The notes under the pieces were generated by a model. The model was given only the letters and a program-made list of their open reading frames with translations, ran no database searches and was not told the origin of the DNA. Of a DNA stretch of 64,000 nt, positions 34,656 through 47,803 are shown one piece after another (position 1 is the first letter of the stretch; every line of letters begins with the position of its first letter). The translations under genes were made by a program, and so were the position numbers. Source of the DNA: Camelus dromedarius (Eukaryota); contig NC_087438.1 of assembly GCF_036321535.1 (NCBI RefSeq), forward strand, positions 2,110,001-2,174,000, in the 5' to 3' direction.

Positions 34656-36354
34656 TCCTTACACACCCTGATGGAATCCCTGTCTCTCCCTTGGACTATC
34701 GCAGAGTTCGCAGTACCACTGAGGGACAAGCTGAGGGTGGCCCTTGAGCCCCTGGTTGGAGGGGTCTTGTGGGAAGAAGGGCTTGTCTAAAGTGAGGCTT
34801 CTTCACCCAAAGAAGAATCTCCCAGAGGAAGTGGGACCCGATGGCCTGAACCCTTCAAGGTGGAGTTGACACAGCCCAGGAGAACGTGCAGCTGAAAGCA
34901 GCCTCGCACTGGCAGGTAGTAGACAGCCCGCCAAAAGTCTAACGTGCGCGTTGTTGTGATTTCAAGACACCTATCTGCAGAGCTCCGGGCTCTTGCCTCA
35001 ATTTGGAGACACCGCTCTGATTGTATGAGTGAGAATGTCTCCATGTAAGTCCGCATCTCGAGCTGTGAAGCGGGGGTCCAGCCATGCCCACAGAGCTGAG
35101 ATCTAAGCACACAGGGCAGGTGGCTCTGCCCCGGGGGCTCCTGGGCTCCCTCCTGCCATCCATCCTCCCCATGGAGACCCCACCTGTGACCCAGAAGGAG
35201 GCCTCCTCACTCTCCCCGTGGGGAGTGTGGGGTGAAACCAGGGGGAGGCGCTGCTTCTCGGCTGGAGCGCAGGTGTTCACACTCGGCCTCCAAAGGTCGA
35301 TGCCTGAAGTGGGGAGGGAGAAAAGATGGGCCTTAGCAGGGCTCCCTCCAAGCCACGCCTGCGGTGGGGCTGGCTGTCCAAGAAAAGAGCCGAAGGGCCC
35401 TCAGGAGGGAGAGCTGATAACAAACCTTGGGGGAAAAAACGTCTACGGCCCAAAGATAAGAATGGTTGTTCTGGACGTGGAGGGCGATGCTGAGCACAGT
35501 TAGGGACGTAATAAATGCCTCGTAGGAATAACCAGCCGAGAGCCTCATGGCTGTTGTTATTTGTTATTTGTTGTTATTTGTCTGTTGCTTGTTTCATTTT
35601 CTTTAAGATTGCAGCCCAGAAGCAGCCTAGCTCTGAGGTGGGGTCTCAGAGCTGCTCCCAATGAGGCAATGACAATGACTTACATGTCCCCTGGACCATC
35701 CACACGGAAACAGTCAGTGGGACGGGGGCTGTGCGTGGCCGCTGGTCCAAGAAGACGGCACAGGGAGAGCAGCCAGAGAAGGAGGAAGGATGCTCAGGGA
35801 ACCAGCGGTCAGCACAGGGGGCCAGGGCCAGGTCATTCAGACTGGCACAAAGTCTGCTCCTTATGCCTCTCTGGTCTGAAGCCGCTAGCCTGGCCCTGCC
35901 TGTTGACCTGCAACAGTCATTTCAGATGCTCTGGATGGAAAGCTTCAGACGGTTGGAGCTTTTTGAGATCCGCCTGCCCCCTGACTGAGTAAAGGGGATG
36001 TCCACCCGCAGAGCCACGTGGGTGCGGGGGCTTTCTCCTCCAGGCTGCGCTGCTGTGGGCGGGCCCTGGGCTCCTTCTCCAGGCATTTGCTTCTGCGGCG
36101 GCCACCTGTGCTGACTCCAGTTGCTGGAGCAGATTCCTGACAGTGACCCCTGGCGATGGCATGCGATGTGTGGATTTACTCTGTTGAAACTGGAAGCACG
36201 TTTATTCCGCTAAGGGCAGTCAGTGTGACGGGGTCCGCACGTGGAGGTCAGCTGAAGTACTAGTCTCCCGTGACTTCCAGACACATCACCGGGAACCTGG
36301 AAGCTGGTGTGATGGAAGTGTGTCGTCCGTGCTCCCGAGGCAGAGGGCCTGGGC

Positions 36355-36993
36355 TCAGGGAGAAGCCCCACCTTAGCTCCTGCAGCTTCTGGAATTACAG
36401 GAGCTCCTTGTCCTGTGGCACCAGAGTCCCACCCTCACCTCCCTCCCAGTGCCCACTGCCTCTGTCCCCTCCCCTCTTCTCTGCTTCTTATATGGGCTGA
36501 GCTGTGTCCCCTCAAAATCCTGTTGGTGCTCACTCCTGATGGGACTGGATTCGGAGATGGGCCCTTAGGGGGTAATTCGGGTGAAAGGAGGTTATGAGGG
36601 TGGGTCTTAATCCAACAGGACTGGTGTCCTTACAGATGAGGACCAGAGGCCCCCCTCTGCAAGTCCTCCGCCGAGGGAAGGCCCTGTGAGGCGCAGCAAG
36701 AAGGCAGCCACCTGGAAGCCAGGAGCCGGGCTCAGCAGGGCCCAGACTGGCCAGCACCTTGGCCCTGGACTTGGGGCCTCCAGAACCATGAGAAATGCAT
36801 TTCTGTTGTTTAAAGCCCCCAGTCTAAGGAATTTATTTTGGCCGCCCGAGCCAAGACACCAACACTTGTCACTAGCTTTAGAGCCCACCCTAAACCAGGG
36901 TGACCTCCTCTCCAGATCTGAACGGGACCTGCAAAGACTCCTTCCCCAAGTGAGGCCGGTGCCGCAGCTCCGGGGGGCACACCAGCCACTGCA
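36355..36993 (-). mobile_element. MLT1B/C-like LTR (antisense), split by the MLT1A0 insertion at 36488-36858
   Basis: The left part ends CTCTTCTCTGCTTCTTA. The right part resumes ACACTTGTCACTAGCTTTAGAGCCCACCCTAAACCAGGGTGACCTC...CTGCAAAGACTCCTTCCCCAAGTGAGG. Both are colinear with the copy at 18171-18613. Confidence 0.55.
36488..36858 (+). mobile_element. Solo LTR, MLT1A0-like
   Basis: TATGGGCTGAGCTGTGTCCCCTCAAAATCC...GGGTGGGTCTTAATCCAACAGGACTGGTGTCCTTA...GCCTCCAGAACCATGAGAAATGCATTTCTGTTGTTTAAAGCC...AAGACA. Confidence 0.85.
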
Positions 36994-37495
36994 CGTGGGA
37001 AGAAAAGCACTTGGAGAGTGAGATGAAGAGAGCGTCCTCTTTTTCTCCCCCAGGTGTGGAAGTGAGTGTTTACTTAGACTAAGGAAATAAATCACAATGT
37101 GCTACATTTGTAAAAGTTGAAAACGTTACAAACAATGCACAACTTAGAAATAACGTTTTTATCAGTTAGCTGCCGGGCACGTGGCTCCAGACTGCCCTCC
37201 ACGTTTTATAGCTACGTGCTCTTTATGTTCATTATTATCTTTTCCAATCGCCCTCCTATTTGTACTTCACATTTTAGGCTGTGTAGCCAAGTCCCCTTCA
37301 GACTGACGCAATTTTTTTGTTTGTTTTCTGTCCCTCTAACCAAATCTTTTGCCGAATCATTTACTCACCGAGCCCTCTGGCTGCAGTTACCCTGCGTGCT
37401 AAGAATCCAGATCATGTCTGTGTGATCTGATGGTCAAGCCCACTTCTATCTGTTGGCGCTCTCAAGTGAGCTGGGACTAAGAATACAGACAGCCC

Positions 37496-38042
37496 CCATA
37501 AGTTTGTTTTGTGTGTCTGTGAGTCTGTCTGTTTTGTAAATAAGATCATTGGTATCATATTTTAGATTCCACATGTAAGTGATGTCATATGATATTTGCC
37601 TTTCTCTATCTTACCTCACTTAGAATGATGATCTCCAGGTCCATCCATGCTGCTGCAAATGGCATCATTTTATTCTTTTTTATGGCTGAGTAGTATTCCA
37701 TTGTATAAATACAACACAACTTCTTTATCCAGTCATCTGTTGATGGACATTTAGGTTGCTTCCATGTCTTGGCTGTTGTAAATAGTGCTGCTGTGAACTA
37801 GGGGCACATGTATCTTTTTGAGTTAGAACTTTGTCTGGATATGTGCCCAGGAGTAGGATTGCTGGATCATATGGTAAGTCTACTTTAAGTTTTTTAAGGA
37901 ATCTCCATACTGTTGCACCATAATGGCTGCACCAAATTATATTCCCACCAACAGTGGAGGAAGGTTCCCTTTTCTGCACACCCTCTCCAGCATTTATCAT
38001 TTGTGGACTTGTTAATGATGGCCGTTCTGATCCGTGTGAGGT
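37496..38042 (-). mobile_element. L1 ORF2 C-terminal remnant (inverted 5' segment)
   Basis: ORF 37725..38099(-) contains [28 protein letters not shown]...KDTC, the L1 ORF2p C-terminal motif, with frameshifts. Confidence 0.95.
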
Positions 38043-38045
38043 ACT

Positions 38046-38289
38046 TTTACAGGATAGAAACAGACCCACAGACATAGAAAACAAACCTATGGTTACCAAA
38101 GGGGAAAGGCAGGGGAGGGATAAATTAGGAACTTGGGATTAGAAGATACACACCACTGTCTATAAAATAGATGAGCAGCAAGGTCCTACTGTGCAGCACA
38201 GGGAACTATATTCAGTGTCTGGTAATAACCTATAAAGAAAAAGCATATATATGTACGTGTATAACTGAATCATTATGCTGTGCACACCA
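38046..38289 (+). mobile_element. L1 3'UTR segment (sense part of a 5'-inverted insertion), tail missing
   Basis: AGAAACAGACCCACAGACATAGAAAACAAACCTATGGTTACCAAAGGGGAAAGG...CAGCACAGGGAACTATATTCA...TATAACTGAATCATTATGCTGTGCACACC. Confidence 0.9.
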
Positions 38290-39251
38290 CACCCTGCCCC
38301 ATCATCTCTGGGGTCCTTCCCATCACCTCCGGGGCCCCACACAAGCCCGGCCACAGCCACTGGGCAGGCCAGGGGTGCAATGGTTCAGAGCGAACTATCG
38401 ACACTCGGAGCACAAACCACCTTAGAGGGTCAGCAGGTCAGTAACGCCACCTTCGCATGTTCAGGAAGACGCATCGTTGGTGAGGAGAGGGGGCAGCTCT
38501 GTCAGCACAACTTTTTAAAATAGTGACATAAGTATCTATCATTTCACTATGTATGAATTTTTTAATATTTCCAATACAGATGATGCTGAATGTGGAATCT
38601 CACGAGATATGATTCCACTTAGCCTGGGGGCCTTCTGATTCCTCTGACTTTTTTTATCAGGTTTCATCAGCTTTATTGGAAAACGGGCTAGGGCCTTATT
38701 GGAAGATGGGTGGAAATTTGTCAAACACTTAGCCAGGCTATCGGGCGAAGCACCCCGCTGCTCAGACACAATTATTGCAGCAGGGGTGCAGGATATTGAG
38801 CCCTCCCAGAAGGTCCTCCCCTCGGACAGAGTATAAGGATGAGCACAGAGTGAAACTGCTTCTTTACGTATATTGCCACTAACAAGGGAGCACGGGAGGT
38901 CGGAATGAAGAAAGACACTACGGTGATGATATGTCGATTTTCAATTAATGAAAACTACCAGTATTTTCAAGCTGGATTTAGGGAGCTGGGACAAGGCTGA
39001 AGATATTTCCTAAATGAACAAGTGTAAGAGCGAACTTCTTTCCCCAAAGGGGAGGAGGAGGAGGAGAGATCCAACGGATCACGTGGAAGTTTGGGACCAG
39101 ACCCCAGCCGAGAGCAGGGTGAGGGGAGGGCCCAGAGAGGGTAGGGCAGGTCCCAGGGAGCGCCCTTTGATGGTGGGTTTTGGGGACCGGTCACTAGCGT
39201 CGGACACCACAGAGAAGTCTCTGCATTCCATCTTTAAGGGGACTTTTTAGA

Positions 39252-39432
39252 GCCCAGATTCTCTAGCCAGGTCCCTGACCAACGGTATCACAGTTACTTA
39301 GGAACTTGCTGGAAATGCAGATCCCAGAGGTCCATGCAGACCCACGGGATGCCCGCCTCCGGGGCGGGACTCAGGAGTCGCTTTAACAAACCAGCCAGGG
39401 TCCCAGTGTGCAGTCAGTCTGAGAGCCGTGTG
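39252..39432. mobile_element. MER5A-like hAT-Charlie MITE
   Basis: GGAACTTGCTGGAAATGCAGATCCC...CAGACCCAC...GCTTTAACAAACC...AGTCTGAGAGCC. Confidence 0.7.
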
Positions 39433-41979
39433 CTAAAATGGAACTTCTCCAGAAGAGTGAAAAGGCCGGCCAGATGGCTGGGGCAAGAGACAGTGTTTAG
39501 GGGAAGAAAAATGGCCCAGAAAGTAGACTTTTGGTGTTAAGAAAATATTCTTCCAAGACAGAGGGCTTTTGAGAACAAGGAAGTGTGGCTCTGAGAGGGA
39601 GCAGTGAAGATGCGAAGGACCAGCAGGGAGCCCCAGGGAAGCTGCGGGGGGGGGGAGTCCAGGTGAGCACACCTGTCCTCCTATGAGGACGGAAAAGAGG
39701 GGAGAAGGAGGGGTGGGGACACGGGCTGGTTAAGTGGAGAGGAACAAAACAGTGCCTTCATTGGCTCCCCCAGTACGAGTTTGAGAACAGTCTTCTCAAG
39801 ATTGAAGCTTCAAGCCGGTCAGTGCGCAGTCTGAAGCTTTCTCCGGAAGCTGGTTGTAATCACGGCCAGGGAAGCTTTGATCCGGGCTTCAGTGACCGGA
39901 CTTCCCTCGTCATCATGAAGAGAGCCCCTTGGTGCGTGTCTCTGTGATGTAGCTGAAACCTCCTTCCCTGGCTCCGACGCCGGGAGCCTGGGCCTCTCTA
40001 AGCGGGACTAGGGGAGGACCGTGTCTAACTGAGGCCGCCATCAGCGTTTTGGCGCTGTGGAAGTTAGAAGTGCCACGGGAAGCTGACCGAAGGGATTTTT
40101 ACATGTTGATTTCTTTGCAGCGTGAGGGCGTGATTTATTATCTACTCCAGGGATCCCCTGAGAGGGAAGATACAGCTCAGACACTGCATCCCGGGGCCCC
40201 TTCTCCCGATGGAGAAAGCAACATACAGATGGGAGAATCGGAGATCTAGGGACCGAAATACCAGGAAATAATTCATGTAAAACATACTAAAGGCCTTTTC
40301 CAATATTGGAACACCTTCAGTCACCCCAACAGAGTCCACAAGCTGGGTGCCAATCCCTCGCAGGGGGAAATGAGTAAACGCCGTGGAGAAGGCACCGCGC
40401 GCGCAGGGACACGCTGGTCTAAGCGGCTCCCCAAGCGCCACGCGTCCGTCTCTGTGCGGAGCTCCCGACGCAGCTCTGCCCTCAGGTCACCTGAGCGTCA
40501 CTGCAGACACGCTGCGTTAAGCCCGGAGCCCGGGGGCTCGAGTCTGGGGCTTTGGTGGGACTTGGCCATTTCTGCACAAGTCAGGAGTGATTTCTAGATA
40601 ATAGCACATCTCTGTAGTAAGTGAAAAGTTCAATAGAAATAATCAAAGGGTGGGGGGACCAGCGAGAAGGGAAGGGAAGACAGAGCAGGAAGAGAGGGAT
40701 GTTTGCGGTGGAAATGTGCCAGCCTGTGTGATACAAGATGCAGAGGTGGCTCTGCGTGGGGAGAGACCCTTCTGCAGGCCCACCCACCCCCTGCCACCGG
40801 GGTGCACAGTGGCTGGTGTCCGGAACAAGTGACGTCACCAACCACAGCCTCAGCGCCTAGTCCACACCCACAGAGCCCTCTGCCTCCTGGCATCTCTACT
40901 CAGATGTCTCCAAATCAGCTGACCTCAGCATCCCCAAGGCAGCTCCGACGACCCTCACCCCACATCCTCTTCCTCCATCCCCATCTCAGTGGGGCCCTGG
41001 ACCCCGCCTTCCCTCGCCCCCACCTTCAGGGTCACTGACTGGAGTCACTTCCCCTCCTACTTTCCAAGTCTGCTCTGCCACCATCCTTAACCTGCTCAAA
41101 GTCTTCTCACCCTATTTTCCACATGCCCTTTGGGACCCTGCAGTGCTTTCTTTTGCTGCATTCAAAGTGATCTCTTCAAAGCGAACCCCCAACCGCCTCA
41201 GGCCTTCTGCCGGAGAAGCTCAGTGGAGGACAATCTCGCTGGGAGCCCTTGGGAGAAACTTGGTTGGAGGACGTGCTCTTTGGGCTCACATCATGGTTAC
41301 AAGTATTTGAGTAAAGATGAAACATTTAGGAAAGTTAAGCTACCCATAAAAAAAAATCAGATTTTCATCCTTTCTAAAACATCAGAGAGCCCACTACGCT
41401 GGTCCTCAGCCTCACACGGCACCGCAGGCCTGAGTGGCGACTTCCCATTTAGAAGAGCGTGAGCTGCCCACTCCACGGTGGCCGGGCCCACACACCGCCT
41501 TCCGGGGCCCCTCGCTCTCCTCCTCTCCTCCCCCATGACCCCAGGCCCCTAGTGGTTGGACAGCTCATGAGATTGGTTCCAGCCGATGAGAGGTGTAAGG
41601 AAGCCGCAAGGTCCCTTCCCGGCTGCGTCAGAGCCCCTTGTGACTCTCCGGAGATCGCAACTGCAGGTTGGGCGTCTCCACCACCTCAGGCCCCTGAATG
41701 CCTCTGTGGAGCCGAAACTCCCACTCTGGCCCCTGCTGGGCACATGGGCTGCCCAAAGTAAACCGCGCGGTGGCAAAGCGCCAAGAGCTTGGGATGAACC
41801 CGATGCTGTCCTGCTCTGACGCCTCCACTGGCATTGAGGGACCTGTTTTAGCCTCACGGTCCACGAGGCTGTGAAGGGCTGAACCTCCCACCCCTCCGCT
41901 TCCCCTGCTCAGGGCTGTCTTCTCCTCTCGGGCTCCAGCCACACGGCGCCCGGGATGGAGACGTGCAGTGCTGATTTTC

Positions 41980-42286
41980 CTCCTGCCACGGCCCCTCGTC
42001 CTAGAAAACGCGTCTCCTGGCTCCCTCTACTCTTCAGTCTCCCTTAAGCATCGCTGCTCACCAGCCCCCAAGTCTGGCGGGCTCCCCTGTTCTCACATGC
42101 CCCGTCTACTTGGCCCGCCGGCATGGCATGAGTTCCCATCACTGGGTGAATTCGGACCCACTTCTGCCTAGTACACTGTTTCTGAGCTGCACGAGGGGAG
42201 AAATCCTTGGTATCTCGCCCTCCTTGTAGCTCGAATACCTTGCCCAGAACACGGCGTTGAGGAGACACGAACACTTGTTGAATAAA
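41980..42286 (+). mobile_element. L2 3' end fragment
   Basis: TGAGCTGCACGAGGGGAGAAATCCTTG...CCTTGCCCAGAAC...ACACTTGTTGAATAAA resembles the L2 terminus. Confidence 0.5.
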
Positions 42287-44509
42287 GACGTGTGTCTCCT
42301 GTTGCCCTGTTTTCCGTGTCAGGCTCTCACATGGTTGTGTGATTCTGATGGGGATGTTCAGCCTCTTGGGGTCTTCATTCCTTTGTCTCTATTGAGATAA
42401 ACCTTCACTTTCTTTCTGACACAAATTTCTCATTAACTCAGCACTCAGCATTTCTACAAACCTTGAGGGGCTTGTGCTGCAAAAGCAACCCTGCCTGAGG
42501 TCCTTCTCCAGCCGGGAGCGTGCTTGGCCCACGTGTGAAGAGGACTAGGGATGCGGGAGAACTAAGTCCGCAGGAGCTGCCCTTGGTGATGGGCGGGAGG
42601 TGTCGGGTAAGGACCCGGCTTCCTAGCACGGTGCACACGGCGTCCCAGGCCCTCGGGGTCTGCAGGACCAGCCTGTCTGCTGGTGCCTCCTCTCCTGCAC
42701 CCTCACCTCCCTGCTCACTCCCCCTCCCTTCTCCCCAAACATCTACTGATCCTCAAACCTCTGTCTGGGGGTCGCTCCAGAGGAGTTCACACTGCAATGG
42801 TCACCACGCTGACAGGCTAGCAGTCCTGGCTCCCCCGTCTGCCCCGGTGGCGCTGTGGCTTCTCTGTGGCTTTCCTGCCGTTACTGTGTCCCCCCATAGT
42901 GGCCCCTCCCCAGCAAGTGGACGCCACATACAAGTCTCCCAGCAGCCCTGTGAACAAGGCTCCCTCTCGTTTTAACCCCTGAAGACACCCTTGCTGACTC
43001 CCAGCCATGCCCCAGTCCAGGACCGGGTGCCACCATGCCCCCTTCTCCAGGGTGAGTCCGTGTGGCGCCCGCGGGTGTAGAAAGTGGTTACTCCCCCCGG
43101 GGGCTCGGGGTTCCCATCACAGACTCGCAGCCCCTCAAAGCAAGCACGTGCTCTCCCACAGGCGTGTTTACTTACGCCTAGCTCACGGCAGCACGAACCT
43201 GCAAAGTCGAATCGTCCACGCCGGCTGCTTGGTCTCATGCCCAGAGTGCTTTGCACACCTTTTGCTGAGAAGCACTGAGCTCTGTGGAGCTGCCTGTGCG
43301 GCGGCAGCTGCAGGCGCATCTGCGTCCCTGTCCAGCGCAACCCAGCAGCGAGTCGCAAGCGAGCTGTGGGAGGCGGACATGTTTTCTCTAATTTTTTTCA
43401 GCATTTCTGTGTATTTATTGCAACGTTTGCAAAAGATCTGTCACTCAGAAAAGGGCACCTGGGTGCACATGCAATACATCACATGTCCACTACCAGCCGC
43501 GCTGGGAGTCACCCAACGAGCCAAACCCGCCTCCGCGGTTTCTGACAGAGCCGCCTAGGAGCGCGCGCCTGCAGGTGTTCTTGCCGGTTTATGATCAGCT
43601 GGCGCATCTCATCATCGCAAGACTGGAGCTGCACAGACGCTCAGCGCAGGGGTGACGTGAGGAGGGAGCGGCTGCAGGTGGAACGGGCTGACGCCTCTCC
43701 CAGTCGTTACGGCCAGGGGGAGCTGGACGTTGAGCTGGTGAGAGGGAAAAGGACGATCTGAAAATACCTGCTTACATTTTATTTTTGAACTTCGTTCTGG
43801 GAAAGTTTCTGTCTTAGTAACCTCTTAATAGGTCACCCCCAAATTTAGTGACTTAGAACAATGAAGATCTACTGTCTCAAAGCTTCTGTAAGCCGGCCGT
43901 CCACGTGCCGGCCTCGGGCCAAGGTGCACCACAGGCTGGCACACGGCGGTGCCCGTCGGGGCTGGGCCAGCCCACCCTCACCCTCACCGGGCTGCGGGCC
44001 GGATGCCCTCCCGAGCGCCCCCTCCTGGTGGTCGACAGGACTGGGATCCCCAGTGCCTGTTGGACGGGGGCCTCAGGTACCAAGTCCTCAACAGCATCCT
44101 AAGTGCCTACGGGTGCAGGTCTCAAACTCTACTGCTGCACGGTGCACTCTGGTTTTTAATTGAATTATATTTAACCATAAATTATTTTTTAAAAAACTTA
44201 TTTTCACATTGAAAACCAATTCCATCCTATTGCTGAGCTCTGAACCAAACTTCCCGCTGGGTGCAGCTGCTCAGAGAGGTGCTGGGCTCTGCAGGCGCCG
44301 TAAAGTGTGTCACTGCCCGAGACAAAAGGCAGGCAAGCGGCCCCGCCGGAGAGATCCCGAAGGTCAGATGTGCGGTCAGGGCCCTGACGCCAGCCCTGGG
44401 TCCACACAGGCAGCTGCATCACCTCAGGGTGACCCTTCCCCTGCTGGAGGCTCAGCTCCTTCCCTTGTAAAACAAGGAGAGGTGAAGGGAAGGACGCTTC
44501 TGGGTCCTG

Positions 44510-44860
44510 CCTTCTTCTGTCTCGGCTGCAGTAACAGAGCACCACAGGCGGGTGGGAGTGGCCATCGGAAACTTATTTCTCAGGTTCTGAAGGCCGGAGG
44601 CCCAAGGTCAAGGTGCCGGCAGGTGTGCTGTCTGCTGAGGGTTGGATCCTGGTTCACAGGTGGCTGTCTGTGTCCTCACATCACAGAAGGGACGCGGGAG
44701 CTCTGTGGGGCCTCTTTCGTCAGGGCACTAACCCCATTCCTGAGGGCCCCAGCCCTCCAACCTCGTCACCCCCAAAGGTCCCGCTGCCTAGCTGTCACCA
44801 TAGGGGTAGGACTTCAGCGTGAATCTGGGCGGGAATGGGAACGAGCACTCAGTGGACTGT
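44510..44860 (-). mobile_element. Solo LTR, MLT1A/A0-like
   Basis: GGCTGCAGTAACAGAGCACCACAGGC...GAAACTTATTTCTCAGGTTCTGAAGGC...CCAAGGTCAAGGTGCCGGCAG...CAGGGCACTAACCCCATTCCTGAGGGC. Confidence 0.85.
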
Positions 44861-45724
44861 GGCTGTCTGCAACTAGCAGTCCAGGTGATCAAAGAGCAAA
44901 CATTCTCTTTGTTCAAAGGAATCCACGTAGGTCATACCCAGCAGACGTCCAGCAGGGTGGCTCAGCTCTGTGCGCAGTGACGGGAACGCAGGGCTGTCCC
45001 TCTGCTCAAGGGAAGAGTTGTACGCTGGTCTGACGCCAGGCTGAATTAATTCAAGGAGCTCCTTGGATTTGAGCCCCCAGACCCAAACCCAGGAGTGAGA
45101 CAGGGAGAGAGGAGGCCCTGAGGACTGGGCCCTGGGGACAGCACATCGCATCCTGGCCTGGCGTCTCGGGGAGAGAGCCGAGGCGGAGCCCTCATTGGCA
45201 TGCGGCCGGCGCCTCCTGCTGCCCCCTCCTCTGGCCTCACTCTTGACTCCAGAATTACCCTGGACCCGGGCCCGGGAGGAGGCTCTGCCCCCCTTTAACC
45301 TGCCATCAGGAGCTGCCGCCTGCAGGGAGAGATGTGCCCTCTGCTTCTCTTACTAAAGCCACACAATATCCACACTTGCCTCTTCTGATTGAATCAGAAA
45401 TCACTCTAAATCTATCATTCAATTTCAAAGCAAAATGCAGTTAAATCAGCAGGCTCAGAGAGCTGGCGTCCCCTCCATCCGTTGCCTCGAAAGCTGTCAC
45501 AGCCGTCCTCAGCTTCCTCTGCGATCTAGAAAAAGCCTGGACTGTCCCTCTGTCTCTCCCTGTCTCTGTCTCTCTGTGCCTGTGACGCGCTTTCTTGTAA
45601 CTTACAGGTACTTCAAGACGACAGGAAAGTACAGAAAGAGGAGCGACGCTTTGGGTTAACCGCTTCCTCTCCACATCGTCTCATTTCCCCGTATTTGTCC
45701 CGGGTTTGTGAAGAAGTGCCATTC

Positions 45725-45838
45725 TTTCTTGGTGGGGGAGGTGACTAGATTTGCTCACTTCTAGAGGCAGTACTGGGGATGGAGCCCAGGACCTCACGCA
45801 CGCTAAGCAAGTACCTGCCACTTGGCTATGCCCTCCCC
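45725..45838 (-). mobile_element. tRNA-derived camelid SINE (Vic-1 type), diverged
   Basis: The minus strand reads GGGGAGGGCATAGCCAAGTGGCAGGTACTTGCTTAGCGTGCGTGAGGTCCTGGGCTCCATCCCCAGTAC...CTAGTCACCTCCCC. Possible degraded TSD: AGTGCCATTCTT (45715) and AGTAGCATCCTT (45839). Confidence 0.85.
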
Positions 45839-46149
45839 AGTAGCATCCTTAAAGGTTGTGTTGGCGCTCTTCTCTGCACTCCCGCCCTCCCACCCCAGGG
45901 TGTGGGTGTGCTGACCGAGTCCACGGACAATTTAACCCTGTATCCGCGTACGCCGTGCGGGCACACTTGCTGCAGCGCGGCGTCACCTGTGCCAGAATTG
46001 CCCACGCACACGGCGTCTGCCCTCGTGTCCCGTTTTACTGCTCGACGCTCTTGTTTCGAGGTCCATCTCTTCGTACGTAAGGCTTAATTTCTTTTCTTAT
46101 ACTTTTGTCTCAAAATTCATTTATTTGGGCTTCTTTTTTCTGCTCTTAA

Positions 46150-47285
46150 TGTTTTATTTTAGAATAATGATACATCCTGGAAAATTACAAAACTAGTCCA
46201 ACGCGGTCTCCTGTAGTCCTCACCCAGTTTCCCCCGATGGTGACGTGCTGAGTAATCACGCAACTTCAAAACCAGGACTCCGACACGGATGCACGGACGC
46301 CGAGGACTGATGGCATTTTCCCACAGGTGGGGACACTCGTGGCCACACCGCAACCAAGACACAGCTGTGACGACACCACGCCGATCTCCCCTCCCCCCAG
46401 CCCCTTGCAGTCAGACTCCTCCTCCCAGAATCTGCACAATCACTCATCTATTTTCCACCGATCATTCTGTAACTTCAAGAACGTCCTATAGATGGAGTCC
46501 GTACTGTGCCACCTTGGGGGATGGGCTTGGTTCCCCTCTGATGAGACACGAGGGTCCACGCGAGCAGCCGCTCACACCACGCAGCTCGCCGTCTGCGGCG
46601 CTGGGCCGTGCTTCAGGGCTCCGGCTCGGGGTGGGCACCGTGCAGGCAGCGAGGTACCCGCAGAGGGAGGTTTGGGCCGTTTCCCGTTTGGGGCCGTCAC
46701 AAACCACGCTGCTTCGTGCAGTCCTGCTCAGTGTGTGGGGGGGTTCCCTCTGGATTCAATGCCCAGGAGCGAAACTGCTGGGGCACGGCCCTAGTGTTTT
46801 TTTTAATTTGTTTTTGTTCTTAGGAAGTTTTTCCACTACTTTCCAGAGGGCGGGGCCCGTTGGCCTTCCCAGCACCATGCACGTGAGAACCTGTGTCTCC
46901 TCCCCAGCAGGTGGCTCGTGGGGGTCTTGGCTCAGACCTCCCTGCCGGCCAGTGCTGCCCAGTCTCTTCCACATGCTGATCTGATACCCACACACACGCC
47001 TGGGGAAACGTGTCTTCATGTCTTGCCTGTTTTCCAGCGGGAGTATTTGGCGTTTAATTGTTGAGTTTTAAGAATTCTTTATGTATTCTTGAAATGTCTT
47101 CCTTGTCATTTTGTTCTTTGCAAATTTTTTTCCCAGTCCACATTGTGTCCTCATCTGCTTTACCCCAGAGCAAAAATAGTGCATTTCAATGAAGTCTAAT
47201 TTATCAGTTTATCTTTTATGAATTGTGCTTTTGATCACATCTAGGAGGTTTTCACCCAGCCCAGAAGACACGCTTCTTCTCCATA
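46150..47285 (-). mobile_element. Ancient L1M (L1MC/MD-like) 3' region
   Basis: TTTTATTTTAGAATAAT...TCCTCACCCAGTTTCCCCCGATGGTGAC...TCAAAACCAGGA; further on TTGTTGAGTTTTAAGAATTCTTTATGTATTCTTGA and AATGAAGTCTAATTTATCAGTTT. Confidence 0.75.
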
Positions 47286-47803
47286 AGAAGTCAGTCAACA
47301 AACCTGGGGGCCGCCCGGTACCAGGTGTTGGGACAGTGATCGAGGGGCGAGCAGGAATGCAGTGAAGGCAGAATCTTCTCAGCTTCAAAAGCCGCAGACA
47401 CCTGCATGTGGTCTGATGCCAGGACTTTGATTTTTCTGTTTGTTTAAAGCCATAAAGTACATGTCGTTCCAAAACAACCAGAAGCCTGTGAATGCAGGCT
47501 CAGTGGCAGCGCAAAACCAGCAGGCTGTGCTAGTTAGTTTTTGCCGTGATGTATGCAATGTGTGTACTATACTCACAACAAATGAAAAAATAAGGCTTGA
47601 TAAAATACACAATAGGATTTTGTACAAAAATTAAATAAATGACTAGAACCTTGATGAGGATTTACTCTGCCTCGCCCTTCCCTCATGGACCAAGGCTCCT
47701 AATAAGGTACTTTGGGGGGTCAAAGGGGTTGAGTTACCTGTGTCTCCCTTACCTCTCAGTTTGCTCAGATTTGCTCTATTTCCTCAGCATCTCCACAGGC
47801 ATC

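Noticed and set aside
37725..38099. 124-aa ORF as a host gene
   Set aside because: A frameshifted L1 ORF2 remnant crossing an inversion junction.
44209..45033. 274-aa ORF
   Set aside because: TTG start, runs through an antisense MLT1A LTR, no recognisable domain.
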